From Syncephalis fuscata S228 (lineage: Eukaryota > Fungi > Zoopagomycota): a DNA stretch of 64,000 nucleotides. The position numbers and the translations under genes are program-made. Positions 1 through 14,100 of this stretch are shown piece after piece (positions within the stretch are counted from its first letter, which is position 1; every line of letters begins with the position of its first letter). Where the stretch lies: NCBI GenBank assembly GCA_025786725.1, contig JAHLTZ010000064.1, forward strand, positions 4,706 through 68,705, read 5' to 3'. The notes under the pieces are model-generated. The model made no database searches. It worked only from the letters and a program-made list of their open reading frames with translations, and had not been told where the DNA came from.

Positions 1-902
1 ACTACTAGGCTGGCATGTAAATGGACGTATCTATTAATATTTACTAAATTGTTAACATCTAGCTTATTTGCTTGCGATGCTATGCTTTAATACACTATAT
101 AGCACCTAATAGTTTTTTGTTTTTTAGTGCCAGCACGTGAGTCCTCATGCACACAATTATTTGGTCGCATGCAGCTTCAAGTTTAACTGATACAGTGCGA
201 CATAGCTGTAGCTACTCTTTTGTTGGTCTATTAGAATAGAAATCAAGTCTCAAAACTTGCATGTTAAATAATCATTACAGAAATGTTAGAAATAAATGTA
301 ATATGTCAAAAATTAGTTGTAAGCAATCATTTTGCATATCATATACCTTAAATGCATAGATTTTATAAAGAACTTACATTCGTAATAGTAATTATAACTA
401 GTATGAGATGTTCAAGCAACCTCACTCTAAATTTTCCTGCCCAGATTGATTCAACAATAACAAAAATATTTATAATTGTCATAGCATTCCGATTCCACAT
501 CGTTCGAAAGTATTTGCAGATTGGATAGTATAACGAGTAATAGTTACTAAACTAGTTTTTTCTTCGAAAAGCAGCAGCAGCAATTATAATAGATGTATAA
601 AAATAATTAGTTTGTCAAACTAAAAAGATGTTAGTATTAAACACTCTACATAAAAAAAACTTATTTATCTTAATAGTGGCAAGTGTTCTACAACAAAATT
701 GTCATTTTAGCAAAGATCAATTACGTCTAATGGGCAATGAGTATGCTTTTACTGCTTATAATTAATATAATTATTGCCAATAGATCCTTTACTTAACACA
801 ACTTTGAATTATATAATATTAGCGTAAAAATTAATGCACAATTAAAACCTAGATAATTGTTTGTATGTCTATATTAAACATATGTTATTTGTGTGGCAGT
901 AT

Positions 903-2533
903 AACAATATTGAATCACAAAGTAATAGATCTGACAAAATATCTTAATTTTGGAGCTGTAATGATATACTAAGATTGATTTGCAGACTAGCAAGGATGCA
1001 TATGGAATTTGCCATCGTCAAATGCTAATTTCACAACTTGTCCTATTGTAGTTTTAGCGCGTGTATCTAGCATAAAACATTTCCATTATTGCCAAATAAA
1101 TCATTTGTGCATCAATATTGCTGCTGATCGATACTATTACATTGTTGCTGCACGCTCAAATCTAATTGCATCTGACTGGACAATCTGATGGGTAGTGGCA
1201 TTACATACCAATCAGTTGTTCACTGATCATATTCCATACATCATGCATCCAACAACCTGTGCTAACAAAGGGTAAATGGCATTGTGTATTAATCAAATAT
1301 ACACTAACCATATGCTATGCACTGTGCGTTGAATAGTCTGCAATAATGGGTCATAATAATATTAAATATTGCCACTTTATACGCTAATTATATGGTATGC
1401 ATTCTACATATTCATAAACATAGAATAACCAGTATTCTAAAACATCGGCACTGGTAATACAACTGGGCTACTAGTACCATATGCTTTAGATATGAATTCG
1501 ACACCAACCAAGACCATTTGGCAACTGTTGTCTAGTCCGTTTATACGCCAGGGTTTAGCCAATGGGGCTATTCAACTTTTAATCATGCTGTATGTTGCAA
1601 ACAAAATTGCATTAATTATATTTATTCGGCTATACAAACTATTAGTAATAAACACATGGTTTCTTTTAATTACATATAACTATACTACTATGTCTATGGC
1701 CATGTTTAATTTGCATCCAGTGGCTAGTAAACATTAAGCAAAGCAACATACTTTTGCTTTAATTCTATTTTACTTTATTTTCTTGAATATGAGCCATTGT
1801 ATCATATTATTTGCAGCTTAGCTTTTTTAACTGATGATGTGCACCATGTTTTGTTAAATTGCTTATTATTAGGCAGATACGATACTTTTGTAAAAAGCCT
1901 TATGGATATACCATTGTCTAGCACACTTTCTCAAACTCAAGTACACTAATACTATTACTTGCCCATAAGAAGTATCAACAGTATTATAATACAAAAATAT
2001 TCAGCATAGACAATTTAAGATTGCAAATTGTTTATCTTTTGTTTATTATTATTGATGGCTGGAATAGTAACAGCATATCTGGCTATGTTGGGCAGCATTG
2101 CACTCTGTTGTTATTTTGTCTTTATAAACAATATATTAGCCATTTAGTATGGTATGGAATCAAATGTGTTTATTGATAATTTTTTAGTAAACGTGAGTTA
2201 CTTTATAGATATTCAAATATAATAACAAAATATAGAGGCATTATTAATAGATTTGTAAATATCACTAGTCATAGTGTGGTATAATCACCATTGTTATACA
2301 GCATAATGATGACCAACTAATTACCAGGTCTACGTATTGCTACATGTTATAAGTTGCGATATAATCATTGCCAAATACTTGATCCAATATAAATTGCATA
2401 CTTGACTTTGTCCCTTTGTTCTATTTTGCATTATATCAAAGATGTAGTCGTAAGCCATGATTCTAGAAGCTTTTATTTTTACATTATGTCCCGTGTCTTT
2501 GTTAATATAAAGTAGAATAATTTGCTTATATTT
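903..2533 (+). repeat. Dispersed repeat A, copy 1 (~1.63 kb, near-identical to 30862-32488)
   Basis: Sequence from aacaatattgaatcac to tttgcttatattt recurs at 30862-32488 with only a few substitutions and 1-nt indels. ORFs 1492-1737 and 31451-31696 differ by one residue. No TIR or TSD recognised. Confidence 0.95.
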
Positions 2534-3244
2534 TATGCTTTTTATGAGTAGTACACTTGTTTACAATGTCGTTTTTTATCAAATGACATTTATCTATACA
2601 CTCTTCTATTTAAAATAAAGCTTGATTTGCTATTTGCATAAGACAATTATAAATGCAGCATTGTCAAACACTAGCTAAACTAGCTTCAGTTTGTTTTATT
2701 TCCCATCAAACATTGGCAATACTGGCAATAGGTAAATGCATATAGTTTATTTTATTAATGATATAAATGTAGTTTTGTCTGAGTTACTGTTTAATTATTA
2801 TCATATAATACTACAGATTTGTGGCAAGTTATTAGTAAACTAAATTGATAATTACTAACAAAGATTGCTTGAAATAGTAATAAATCCATGATGGCAGTAA
2901 TTGACAACTAGACTATGCATGTGTAGTGTATATATAAATAAATAGTCGGCACATTAGGGACAAATCTAAAAGACGACTAATTAGTATTAGTATTTATTAT
3001 TCTACTAAACATTTGCTAATACATGATAAACCATTGAAGTACAACAATATTTAGCTGTAACCGATATATCAATATTATTATTAGACGACGGCTATTTGTA
3101 GTGTGTTACTTAGTGTTAATTTAATAGATAAAAATGGCTGTATACGCCGTTATAATTTTTTTGCTTCATTAATAGCCGTGCCAAAACAGCATTGTAATGA
3201 ACGATATACATACAGAAGAAAATAACAACATAGCATGCATATAA

Positions 3245-4686
3245 TTAAGCCCAACGACCAATGATGGTCATGGCCATAGCACCGAAGTAGAGCGCAGCAA
3301 AGTAGAGCGTCTTAACACGCCAGCTGCGCAAATGAAACTTGCGGCAATTGGTAAACTCCTCAGCAATTAAATTGACCAATGCCATGTAAATAAGAACACC
3401 GGCCGAGAAAGCATCGAATATACCACGTACAAGTAGAGCAGAAGGTGAACGTGGACTGTAGGTGGAACGGATACCCATACCGATAGCCATGCCAATAGGT
3501 GTAATAAGAGCAAATACAGCCGCTAGTACATAGGCCATCTTTCCACCACCGTTACGTTGACCGGTTGTCACTTCAGCAATACGTGAACCAAGTGCCACAC
3601 CTTCAAAGAACTGATGGAAAACAATGGCTACCAAAAGAGTTGCATAGGAAGAGCCAGTAGTAACACCAAGGGTCATACCAATAAGGATGGAGTGCAATGC
3701 AATACCCAATTCAAGAATATAAGTAGAAATACGTAGTTGGGCATCTCTGTCCAGCAGAGCAACTACATCATGACAAGCATGACCACGACCATCCGGGTGA
3801 TTGTGTGCGTGTTGGTGACCATGATGATCGTGGAGTTCGTCGTTGGCGTGTTCGTGTTCATCATGAGCGTGTTCGTGGATGTGCTGTTGTTGAATGTATG
3901 CCTCTTGAGCAGCTTGTTGATCAACAATCTGATTAGTGCCGGTATTGGCATCACCAATGGTGGCAGATTGTTCAGTGGCGAGGGGTGGAGTGGCTGCAGA
4001 TGTAGTAGAGCTTGAATGACGATGTCCTCGTGTAGCTGATTTTGTATCATCGGTTTTGTGTTTATGTGAATGCGAGCGTGATTGAGAACGACGTGCCTGT
4101 TCACCGGCCATGAATTCAATGAGTTGCAGCAATAGCATAGCAATCATTGTGAAAAGTGGACCCCAAGTACTGAAATTGGTATTGAAACTTGATAGGCACT
4201 TGTCGGTAAGTGCCTCAATAGCTTCAGGTAGCATATGGATGAAACCAGTAGCTAGGATAACACCGGTACCGAAATGTTTGAATACATTGAGTACATGTTC
4301 GTGGGCATTAAGTCGCTTGACCCGGCCGGCAATAAGGGCACCGAATACACCGATACCACTGGCGACCAAGATAATAAACACGGAAGCAATATGTAACGAC
4401 TCGTCATAGTGTTCAAGGTCAAGTCGAGCCCCGCATTCTCCGTCGGCCTCGTGAGCATGATCAGCTTCCTCGGCAGCACTACCATGTCCATGTGCGCCAT
4501 CTAAAAAAGCAGTAGTTGATAAAATAGCAATGTTGCCATAATAGTATACTGATGAGTACAAGTGTATTAAATATATATATAAAGCTACTTACGACGACGA
4601 ACAAGTTTGTGTATCTCTGCTGCTTGTACACTAAGCGCAAAAAGCGCTACAGCTCCAAGTGTCAACAATGAAGTGAAACGGGCCAT
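3245..4686 (-). CDS. ZIP-family (Zrt/Irt-like) zinc/iron transporter, 2 exons
   Basis: Exon 1 4686-4593 (MARFTSLLTLGAVALFALSVQAAEIHKLVRR), GT-AG intron 4592-4501, exon 2 4500-3245. ZIP motifs FGTGVILATGFIHMLPEA, ELGIALHSILIG and HQFFEG are present, plus a His-rich loop. Confidence 0.95.
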
Positions 4687-4983
4687 GACCAATAGTTATT
4701 GTAATGGTATTCTTGCTTGTGTTCTTGTTGGTAAATACAACTATAAGAAAGTTGTTACCAAGTAAAGAAAAGTCGTAATTACTATTACTAATAACAACAA
4801 CACAACAACAAAAAAGATTTTTAAGCAAAGTATGGATTATATCGTTAACACACGTATATGTCTGACTGGTCGAGTATTTATATGTTATACGTGTGGTAGA
4901 ATTAAAGTGAAAGAAGCACGACTAGCGCCGGTGGCAATAACGCTTGACGGAGAGTAAAATAAAACGCCATTTTTCGATGTGTA

Positions 4984-5453
4984 ACCTTACAGGTACTCAT
5001 TATTTTAGAAAATAGTCGGTTTCTTTTCAGTTTAAAATGCCTGCAATTTGTGGCATTCAATCTTAATATCGGTGTTACTTTGTTTGATAGCATCAATGGT
5101 TCTATAGTTTACAGTGATTATTAGACAGTAAACCAAGTTGCCATGACAATTAGACTTGTTGATTACTACTGTTCCATGTCAATTATTGCGGTATTAGTTA
5201 CCTGTAGGGTACTCATTGTGTACTAGATTTAATAAGTACCTTACGGGTGATTCAGGTGGTCAAGGTTTTACAATATCTGTCCCAAGAAAGATCAGCCAAT
5301 AGGGTACTAACCAGTGACCTGCAGGGTACTTGATGAAATGACTTATTTACCAAAAAAGCTACTGTAAATGGACTAGTCTGCATGTTATACACATGATAAT
5401 AGGACTAGATTAGATGACTCATGTCAATATTACTTTAGAACAGCCACTAGGGT
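4984..5453. promoter_or_regulatory. Cluster of 11-bp ACC-N5-GGT elements resembling zinc-responsive elements, upstream of the ZIP gene
   Basis: ACCTTACAGGT 4984, ACCTGTAGGGT 5200, ACCTTACGGGT 5238, ACCTGCAGGGT 5317; variants GCCAATAGGGT 5295 and GCCACTAGGGT 5443; CAAGGT 5261. The yeast Zap1 ZRE consensus is ACCTTNAAGGT. Confidence 0.6.
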
Positions 5454-5557
5454 AGATATCAAATACACATGCTGTTTCTTATTGCATGAACTGGTGAAAC
5501 CAACCAAGGATCTTAGATATTGACACAAGTTGTATGGTAATACAGTAATATTTATTC

Positions 5558-8500
5558 TTATGCCAAGTACTTGTAGGCATTGTGTTGATCCGGATCGCGT
5601 TCTAAATATTCACGTTCGATCAATGACTCAATTCGTTTCTTTAGATCCGGCGGCTATAGTTGTATTTATTAGTATAATTGATGGTAAAAAGAACGTGCAG
5701 CATTTGTATACTTTACCTGTATTTGGAACTTAATCTGTTCATAGAGCTCAGTACTCAATTCTACATGGGACAGCTGCTTGCGAGATTTCATGATACGCAC
5801 AATGGCTGCATCAACCTATAATGAGCCATGTTAGATGGCACGCAAATAGATACAAGTCAGCTAGTTACTTGAAACTGACGATCTTGAAACACTTGCTCCC
5901 TTGTCTCTTCGTTCTCCTTGGCCTATGGTACAGATATTATTCAAAAAAACTATCTTTAAATAAAATTTTAAAAACTTACCGTTTCTTTCATTTGAACTGA
6001 ATTGATCTTAATACGAATTCGGGGCGCCTCGAATTTTGTATTAAATTTAAACCGGTCATTGTCCTTGTCTATAGCCATACCCTATATCATGATTTGTTTG
6101 TTGACTGACCTTGTATTACTTAACAAGCCATAATTACCTTGACTGATTTTAAAAGAACGCGTGCTTTACCACAGGATAGTGATATCAGTGTGCGTTGCAA
6201 TTCATCAGGTGCTATTTGTACAATTTATTAGCATTTTGTTATCGTTTTTTAATTGTGTAACTTACCAATACCTGTCTTTTTAAGAATATCCTGATATGAC
6301 AGCGATCCACTAGCAGTAGCATCATTAAATAACAGCAACACGATAGCCTGTAATAAAGATACATCCAACTCTTTAGCTCCCTATATATTTATAATGTATT
6401 AGCTATTAGGTAATGTACTTCAACCTGGCTATACTTATTACCTTGGGAAAATATGCTTTTAGCCGACAATGACCCAACGAGTGTTGCCAGGTTAATATAC
6501 GATTCTTGTGCTGGCTATTGTAAAATTGCTTAAATGCATCCTGATATTCGGCCATCTACATAAATATAAATCAGTATAAATCAATATAAATCTATATTAT
6601 ATCTATATGTCCAGTAATATTAATTACCTTGGGTGGTAGAATAATCTCCATTGGATGATAAGTAGGCCAAATGCCGTGTGTCAATACATTGACTTTCAAA
6701 TCAACATCCTCTGACTTGATGTACCATTTAGACTACAATACACTCAATAAGCATAATCTTCATTAGAGTGTAAAATAAACCACTTACTCCATGGAACATA
6801 GCGGATAGATCACGTGATATATCCATATCTTTAAACATGCCCTCTAATTTACTTGTAAATGCTGGACCACATTCTATTGATCACATGGATGATTAATATA
6901 CTCTATATTATACACTATGCATTTCAATAATTACCTGCTCTCAATTTGGCTAGCATCAATTTCTCCATATCCGATGATGCACTTCTATTAAGCAGTAACC
7001 GTTTGGCAAAATCACGTTTATAAAATGCTTCAAATACATCTTTGCCTATTATTAATCTTATTGTTAGTGTCATATCGCTAACAATCGGTTATAGATGAAA
7101 TTACCTCCAATGAATCTAAATAATACTAAAATGCGGTCCAGTATTGCTTCTAATTCCTCGTCACTGGCCGTCTACTCATACATCTATCGTTAACAAATGC
7201 AATCTACTTTAAAGCTACTATTACTTGCCTTGTTACCGGATTTCATCAACATATTTACATATTGAGCTAATATAATATATATATATATATTAGTACAGTC
7301 CATATCCATATTATTATCTTGCTTACCGATCATTTCAGCCGGTTTATTTACTCTGGTGTTAATGAATCCTTCAAAGCTCTCGACAATAGTATGTCCAAAT
7401 GCTTGTGCATGTTCAAATGCATTCGTATGAATATCGTCAATATGCTGTTTAATGCTCAATAGATCCTCGACCATGTGGCTATCCTGTTCCGGATCTGATA
7501 CAATAGCCATGCCCTTTGACTATATATAACAATTGATGTACATTACATTAATCAATATAAATAGATATTGTTAACAAATGAATCAATGCACACCTTAATG
7601 TAGCTGGCCAGCGCATTACGTAATAAATCAAGTTGGCCAACTCGTTTACACAGCAAATACAGTCGTCGTAAATCGTTCATACGCTTTTCGTTAACGAGAC
7701 CAGAAAATCCTATTATTTTAATATAATATAGCTTAGAATCATTTCCAACTTGTACTTTATTACTCTACCTTTATTAAGTAAACCTTGTATATTGCGTCGA
7801 ATAAGACATTCTTCAACAGCTTGAATCAATTTTTGACCAGTCTTTCTTTCATCTAAATACATCGTTGAACGTTCCTGTTCCTCTTGTAATCGCTGTTCGC
7901 AATGTATTATAAATTCATGGGCATTCCAGCCATCTGACTGCAATAATCTATCTCCTTCCGTTCTGTAGAATACATCTGAGGCATGTAGAAATGGTGCCTC
8001 AAAGTGGCTTGTATAGAACGACAAATCACGATACATATCAACAAGTGTCTTTACCAATAGTCGATTAATCGTCTCGCCTTGTCTATTTAAATGTTGGCAT
8101 GTGGGTTAATAAGTAACGGTTAAATATCTATCGTATAGTTATATTACCGTTCTTGTTCAATTAGTTTCAATAGACCGGTAAGTACAATTGGTCCAATGAA
8201 GGTTTGATTTAGTATAAGATTACGGAATAGATTTAGATGCATATCCCTTGAACATCGAGTTAGTTATAGTTGTAACATTTCCATCTTTACCTACCAAATA
8301 GACTCGATAGATGTTGTTTGCAGTACAAATGTCCGATCTAGATACAGAAATATACTACGAATCATAATCTAGTTTATAATAAATATGGCAATGAGTACAA
8401 GCGTAACTTGAAACCTTTCAATGGATAGTTTAATATTATTTTACTTACTACTTGATGACAATAGTTAGTCCACTCTTGATAAATTAGATCAAGAAATTCT

Positions 8501-9359
8501 TCATGGCCACCCGTGTATCTAGTATATTATTATAAATATTATTATAATTACTATAATTATAACTAATATGCCACAATAACTTACGATTTCAACTGATTAG
8601 CAATAGATATTACATGTTGTTTGCTTTCTTCCTGTAGTCGATTGTATAGATTACCCGCCAATTTATGATAACACATATTCTCGCAAGTCTATTATTCAAA
8701 ACATCAATATACTATATTGTATATAACTAGTATTTGTTAGATCGCTTACACGGTATAATTCCTCCAAGCTATCAGTAACCTTTGTTCGTCGATAAATAGC
8801 AATAATAGCTGATTGTAATTTGCACCAAGAATCATTCTCAAAGTTTTCTGGCAATTGAGGTTTAACTAGAATAGCAAATATAATAATTAATATAATTTGT
8901 CATTTATACAGTAATTTAAGTAAATATTTTTAAATGCTTACCTTTAAAATTCTTAATCAATAATTTCTTTGGCTGATTGCGTTGCATCATTGATACTGAA
9001 TTGCCACTAACACCACCACTACGACTATTGGATGTCAGTCGGCTAGAAGGGGTAGCGACACCGGCAAATCTACTTGTTTCATCGCCTTTACTTGAAGGAT
9101 AGCCAAGGGCGCTGCTACTGCCACTACTGCTGCCACTACTATGTTCGGGCCGAGGCTGGAGTTGAGATGACATTGTATAAGGGCGTTGTAATTGAACACT
9201 GCTACTGCTACTGCCACTACTGCCCAATTGACTATATAGATTCTCGTTACTATTGTATTCAGTCTGGTCGCGACTATGGTTGTTGGCAGTAGAAGGAACA
9301 AAGGCTTTACTAGCTTCTGAACAATCGGTTGATTTAGGTCGAGGACGCTTTCCAAGCAT
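5558..9359 (-). CDS. CUL4: Cullin-4, multi-exon
   Basis: Spliced motifs [87 protein letters not shown] and C-terminal [23 protein letters not shown]. Stop at 5558-5560. Confidence 0.93.
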
Positions 9360-10198
9360 ACCGAGTGTAGATATTCAGCCTAGTTTGGTTATTTTCATAA
9401 ACACACCAGCCAATTAAGAATCTACTTACTACACGTAAAAATAGCGATTTCTGGTTGATCTGTTACCTTTTTGTTGTTATTAAAAAGAAGTAGAAACAAT
9501 AGAATTGAAAGAACCGCCGTGACTATGAGATAGTTGATGAACGAATAATATTGCGTAGTAAGACAATCAGCATCGTAGACTTGACTCGATGTGGATTAAG
9601 CGTTTGACTGGATACTATTTTGTTTGTTATCTATCTCATGTCCTTTAGTGTGTTAAGATATGCCATAGGTGCATTATATTATTATTATTAAAGTTTATGC
9701 TTAATATGGTTTAGTTATTTGTGCAATTAGTATGACACTTTATTCTTGTATCTCTTTAGTATAAGAGACACTAATTGTGATATTGAGAAAGTAGTGTTGC
9801 AGCTACAGCTTTATATACATTGATAATATAAATGTTTACGCTATCGACATCTATTTATTATAATTAGTAAGCAATATAAGATTGTTTTATGAGTGTCATA
9901 TAAACGGAGTATTAGATACAAGACTGAAACGATGAGTCAGAACGTAAGAAAAATAATACGTAATAACAAAAATGTGCAATGTTGTGCTATAGATGATATT
10001 GGAATTGATTGATGTTATGTCTCGTATATTTCTTGCTTTATTCGTACTGATTCCACGTTTATTAACAACAACAACAGTAGCGGCAGTAGTAGTGGTAACA
10101 GCAGTACTAATATTATTAGCGAGCAGCAGTAGCGCCATAGCCGCAGCAACAGCAACAGCAATAACAGCATTAACGTTTACAATAAAACGTTAAACACA

Positions 10199-12329
10199 AT
10201 GTTAAAACTAAATAGAGCTGCTGTCACTATAAATAATGAAGACGCGGGTCCACCTCGGGTAGAAGTAAAGATGACGCATTTGATGGCGTCGGCTATTCAG
10301 TTTATATCGTGTAAGTTGGCTCTTTAATATCTATAGTCGACGTATTTTATTGACGTGCTTTACGTTCCCATTTACCTACTAGTTGACCAATTGACGCCGT
10401 CGCTAATTGAACAAGCATTTAAACAGGCATTTGACCTTAGCGTGCTTAAGCACTATCAGCTGCAATGGCGAGACGAGGAAAAGGACTGGATCTATCTTAC
10501 AGGTAGGTAGGTATAGACCTTTAATTATTTAATACAAGTATGTATATATTTCTAGATAGCCCGGAAATGATAGGTGTACTTCAAAGAACGGCTCGACAAC
10601 TGTCCTATCGCTTACAAGTACAGAGTAGACATTATGTCAAGGTAAGTATTAAGTAGTAGATGGTAGATAGTAAGCAGTTTAGCAGCTATCATCTAATAGC
10701 ACAGAATATTAGACGGATATTTGTATGGGTCCAGTGAAACAGGATACAAGTGTACACGATCTTATTCACACTTATATGCGTGTACAAGATTTGTATCGAG
10801 CTGTATCTAATGTGAAAGTGCGGCTTGGAAAGATTAAACATCTTATGGTGGTCACAAAGCCTGGTGATCCACATTTAATACCACTGACCCGCGAGTTAAC
10901 GATCTGGTTGCTTGACACACATGGCGAACTTGTTGTCCACATCAACGAAGATCTTAAAGAAGAAATGCGCTTTAAGGCAGCCGAATTGAAGGCTCGTTAC
11001 GGCAACCGTATCCATTACTGGCAACATGATATTGCTGAACGTGTCCAAGTCGATCTACTGGTGACCATGGGTGGAGATGGCACTGTTCTCTATGCCGCCA
11101 ATCTATTTCAACATCAAGTGCCGCTTATTGTACCGTTCCATTTAGGCTCACTAGGCTTTCTAACGCTATTTGAATTTGATAACTATCAGCGCTATCTTAC
11201 ACCACTTATGACCGATGGGACTGTGCTGGTCAATCTACGCATGCGCGTTAGTTGTTCCGTTTACAAGCATAACGTGACCAATGGCCATATAGAGGAGGAG
11301 GATCAGGAGCGGCGACTACGTATGCTTGCCATGCAAGATCCATCACTATCCGCTTGCGAGTGTTTATCGGCTACTTATGGCCGTGGCGTTAATCGCGACA
11401 ACGATAATTACACCAGATATATTACTGATGTGAATCAGCACAGTGATAATGACAGCGATAAAGGATCGGCGCCATTTGAACATCTTGAAGATAGCGGGGA
11501 TAACACAGAAGATATCGGGGCTAACTATCCACCGCCATCCGGTATGACGCCACCCATTATTACGCTAGGTAAAATGAAAAGAGATTTGGTCAATTTACGG
11601 CGTTCATCGGAGCCATTGAATGCATGTCCCGGTGAGAAAGTCGCTGAATACCAAGTACTTAATGAAGTGGTTATGGATAGAGGTGCCAATGCGGGTATGA
11701 TTCAGGTTGATTTACTGGCTGATGATGTACCATTTACAACCATTCTAGCGGATGGACTAGTTATAGGTAGGTGTAACAAGGAACTAAGTAAATCAACTGA
11801 CTTATAACGATGATGGTCATTAGCCACGGCTACCGGGTCAACTGCTTATTCGGTAAGCTGTGATACTATAATGGACATGTACTATAATATCTAATTAATT
11901 GTTGCATTATAGTTATCGGCCAATGGGTCGCTGGTGCATCCTGAAAAGAATTCCATGCTTGTTACGCCCATCTGTCCACACACACTTACTTGTCGTCCAA
12001 TGATTATCCCCGGTACAAAACGGCTTCGTATTGCTGTATCACAAAATAGTCGAAGTTCAGCCTGGGTATGTGGAAATGTATTTAAAAGCGAGTGGCTTAT
12101 TAGTAACACTGCTGTTGTTTAGGCTTCATTCGATGGAAGGAATAGAATTGCATTGAATCGAGGTGACTCTATTGTAATTACGGCAAGTCAACATCCAGTT
12201 ATTACAGTGTCTCGTGAAAATCAATCGATCGATTGGTTTAACTCGTTACGTGAAGTACTTAATTGGAATGAGCGAAAAACACAAAAACCTTTACTTTCTC
12301 CGTATTTCCCTGCTGAACACATGCAATAA
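10199..12329 (+). CDS. ATP-NAD(H) kinase, multi-exon (start uncertain)
   Basis: GGDGT, VPFHLGSLGFL, LNEVV, ADGLVI/ATATGSTAYSLSANG, TPICPHTL, ASFDGR and LNWNERK motifs joined across GT-AG introns. Stop TAA at 12327-12329. Confidence 0.92.
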
Positions 12330-12739
12330 TAATAATAATAATGGTATTTAATACAAATACTGTTGAATAGTTTAATAGTTGTATGTTTTACTTCATAGAT
12401 AGCGACTAAACGTTAAAAAATATATTTTTGAGTTAAAGTATATCAGAATATTGATGTAAATAACAATTCAATATCATTTATATTATTAATAAATAACTGA
12501 ATCACAGAACAAACAGTTATTTGTATAATTTTGACGCTGTCTGTAAAATACTTTTAATAAAACATTATTAGTAAAATAGCAAGATGGTTAAGTAGAGAAT
12601 AAAAGCAGTCTACCATAAATACAAGTGTGATCATAGAATATATCGCTCATAAAGCAATAAGCATCAGTATAAACTAAAAGGTAGAGCAGTAAATAACCGG
12701 GTTAACGAATAAATAAGTATAATATAAATGTTGCCATAG

Positions 12740-12944
12740 ATGAAACAACTAGCTAATTAGTAAAATAGAATAGAGTGAATACTGATTATTATAAAATGTG
12801 TAGATCGTGTATGTATTGATAGTGAGCATGCGCTACGCATAATTTGAATATACCTATATGTCGAGCAATTCAAAAATAATCTCTATCTCTATATTTAGAT
12901 CATGACACCATAACAACATTTTACTATTTTTATTGTCAAGTGAA
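12740..12944 (+). repeat. Diverged fragment of repeat family B (matches 41851-42062)
   Basis: Shared blocks ctaattagtaaaatagaataga, gatagtgagcatg-gctacgcataatttgaatata and tatatgtcgagcaattcaa. Confidence 0.8.
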
Positions 12945-13709
12945 TTAAACAAATGACTGACATTATAGCAATAAAACTGATATTTGATTAGTACACTATC
13001 TGATATTGAATTGCTACGTATTTACACATAATAGAGTTGTATATTTTATAATTAAAATTTTGCTAATACTACTTTACTATTTACTTGTATATACTTCTAT
13101 GGAACAGATAGCCGACATAAATGATTCTAAGTGCGCATTTTGATCCAACACAAACAACAAATAGATATTTTCTTTTCTCCTGTTTAATAACTTAAAACAG
13201 CATGCAATCATTACTTATGATATTAACTATATGAATCCTCATTTTAGCTGGTCAACGACCTCATGAGTAAACACTTACTAACAATATACTCCGCTATTGT
13301 CTGATTTCTCCTCATTCGTTCACCCTCTCCTCAATTACCCTTATACAATCCAAACCATAATAGCATGTGTGTATTGTGCAGTTTTATTAAATGCCATGTA
13401 CAATGTTTTTGTTTTCATGCGTTATTTTCGTTTAGCGCCATCGTTCTAGCTGTATCATTAATAGTTAGATCGTTGATAAACCCAGTCTAACATGATATGA
13501 CGATAATGATTTGCTATAAGCTAAACCAGTAAGCCCTTGAACTGCCAACCTTTTCCACTGGTTTCTGCTTTGGTTTGTTCTTCTACATTACATCTTGCTT
13601 AACTTGTCAGAAGTGGTTTCAGGAATGTAAACAGAACTTAGGCCTTAGATGATTACCGATTGGTATACGATCCACAGCCACTATGCACTTGGAATTGCTG
13701 ATATCTGTT

Positions 13710-14100
13710 TAGAGTTATTTGGTGTGTCCAATTTAGTGTCTGCATATTGCATTGTGTGTAGTTTAGCCGATGCAGTCTACTTTACAGACAAAAACGGACA
13801 ACATCATTAGTTTAATGGAATATTCTATTGTTAAAGATGCCGCGATGAATTATGCCACAGACTGAGTAGCGTCTAAATCTTGAATGATTACAAGTTGATG
13901 TATAATCTATTACCACCATTCACTCAAAGCTAATAATAGTTTACTAGAATTGTTTGATGTGTCTAGGCTCTCATCTGCATATTGCATTGCATAGAATTTA
14001 GGCAATGCAACTTAGTTTACAGCTGAAAGCTGAAGACGAAGATAACTTGTTGGAATGTTCCATTGCTCAAAATGCTGTGATGCATCATGCTACAAACAGT
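13710..14100 (+). repeat. Degenerate direct duplication, period ~235 bp
   Basis: tctgcatattgcattg at 13739 and 13974, with collinear flanking similarity (tttacag, tggaat-ttc-attg, gatg-at-atgc-aca). Confidence 0.7.

Noticed and set aside
1492-1737. 81-aa ORF duplicated at 31451-31696
   Set aside because: It is conserved only because the surrounding 1.6 kb is duplicated, and it has no recognisable domain.
3737-4500. Antisense and alternate-frame ORFs within the ZIP gene (and similar ones in the MBOAT, SH3 and Bni4-like genes)
   Set aside because: Shadow ORFs of real coding sequence.
10040-10198. Asn/Ser-rich frame upstream of the NAD kinase ATG with one in-frame TAG (possible readthrough)
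   Set aside because: No upstream ATG or clear acceptor in that frame. Trinucleotide microsatellites explain the open frame.
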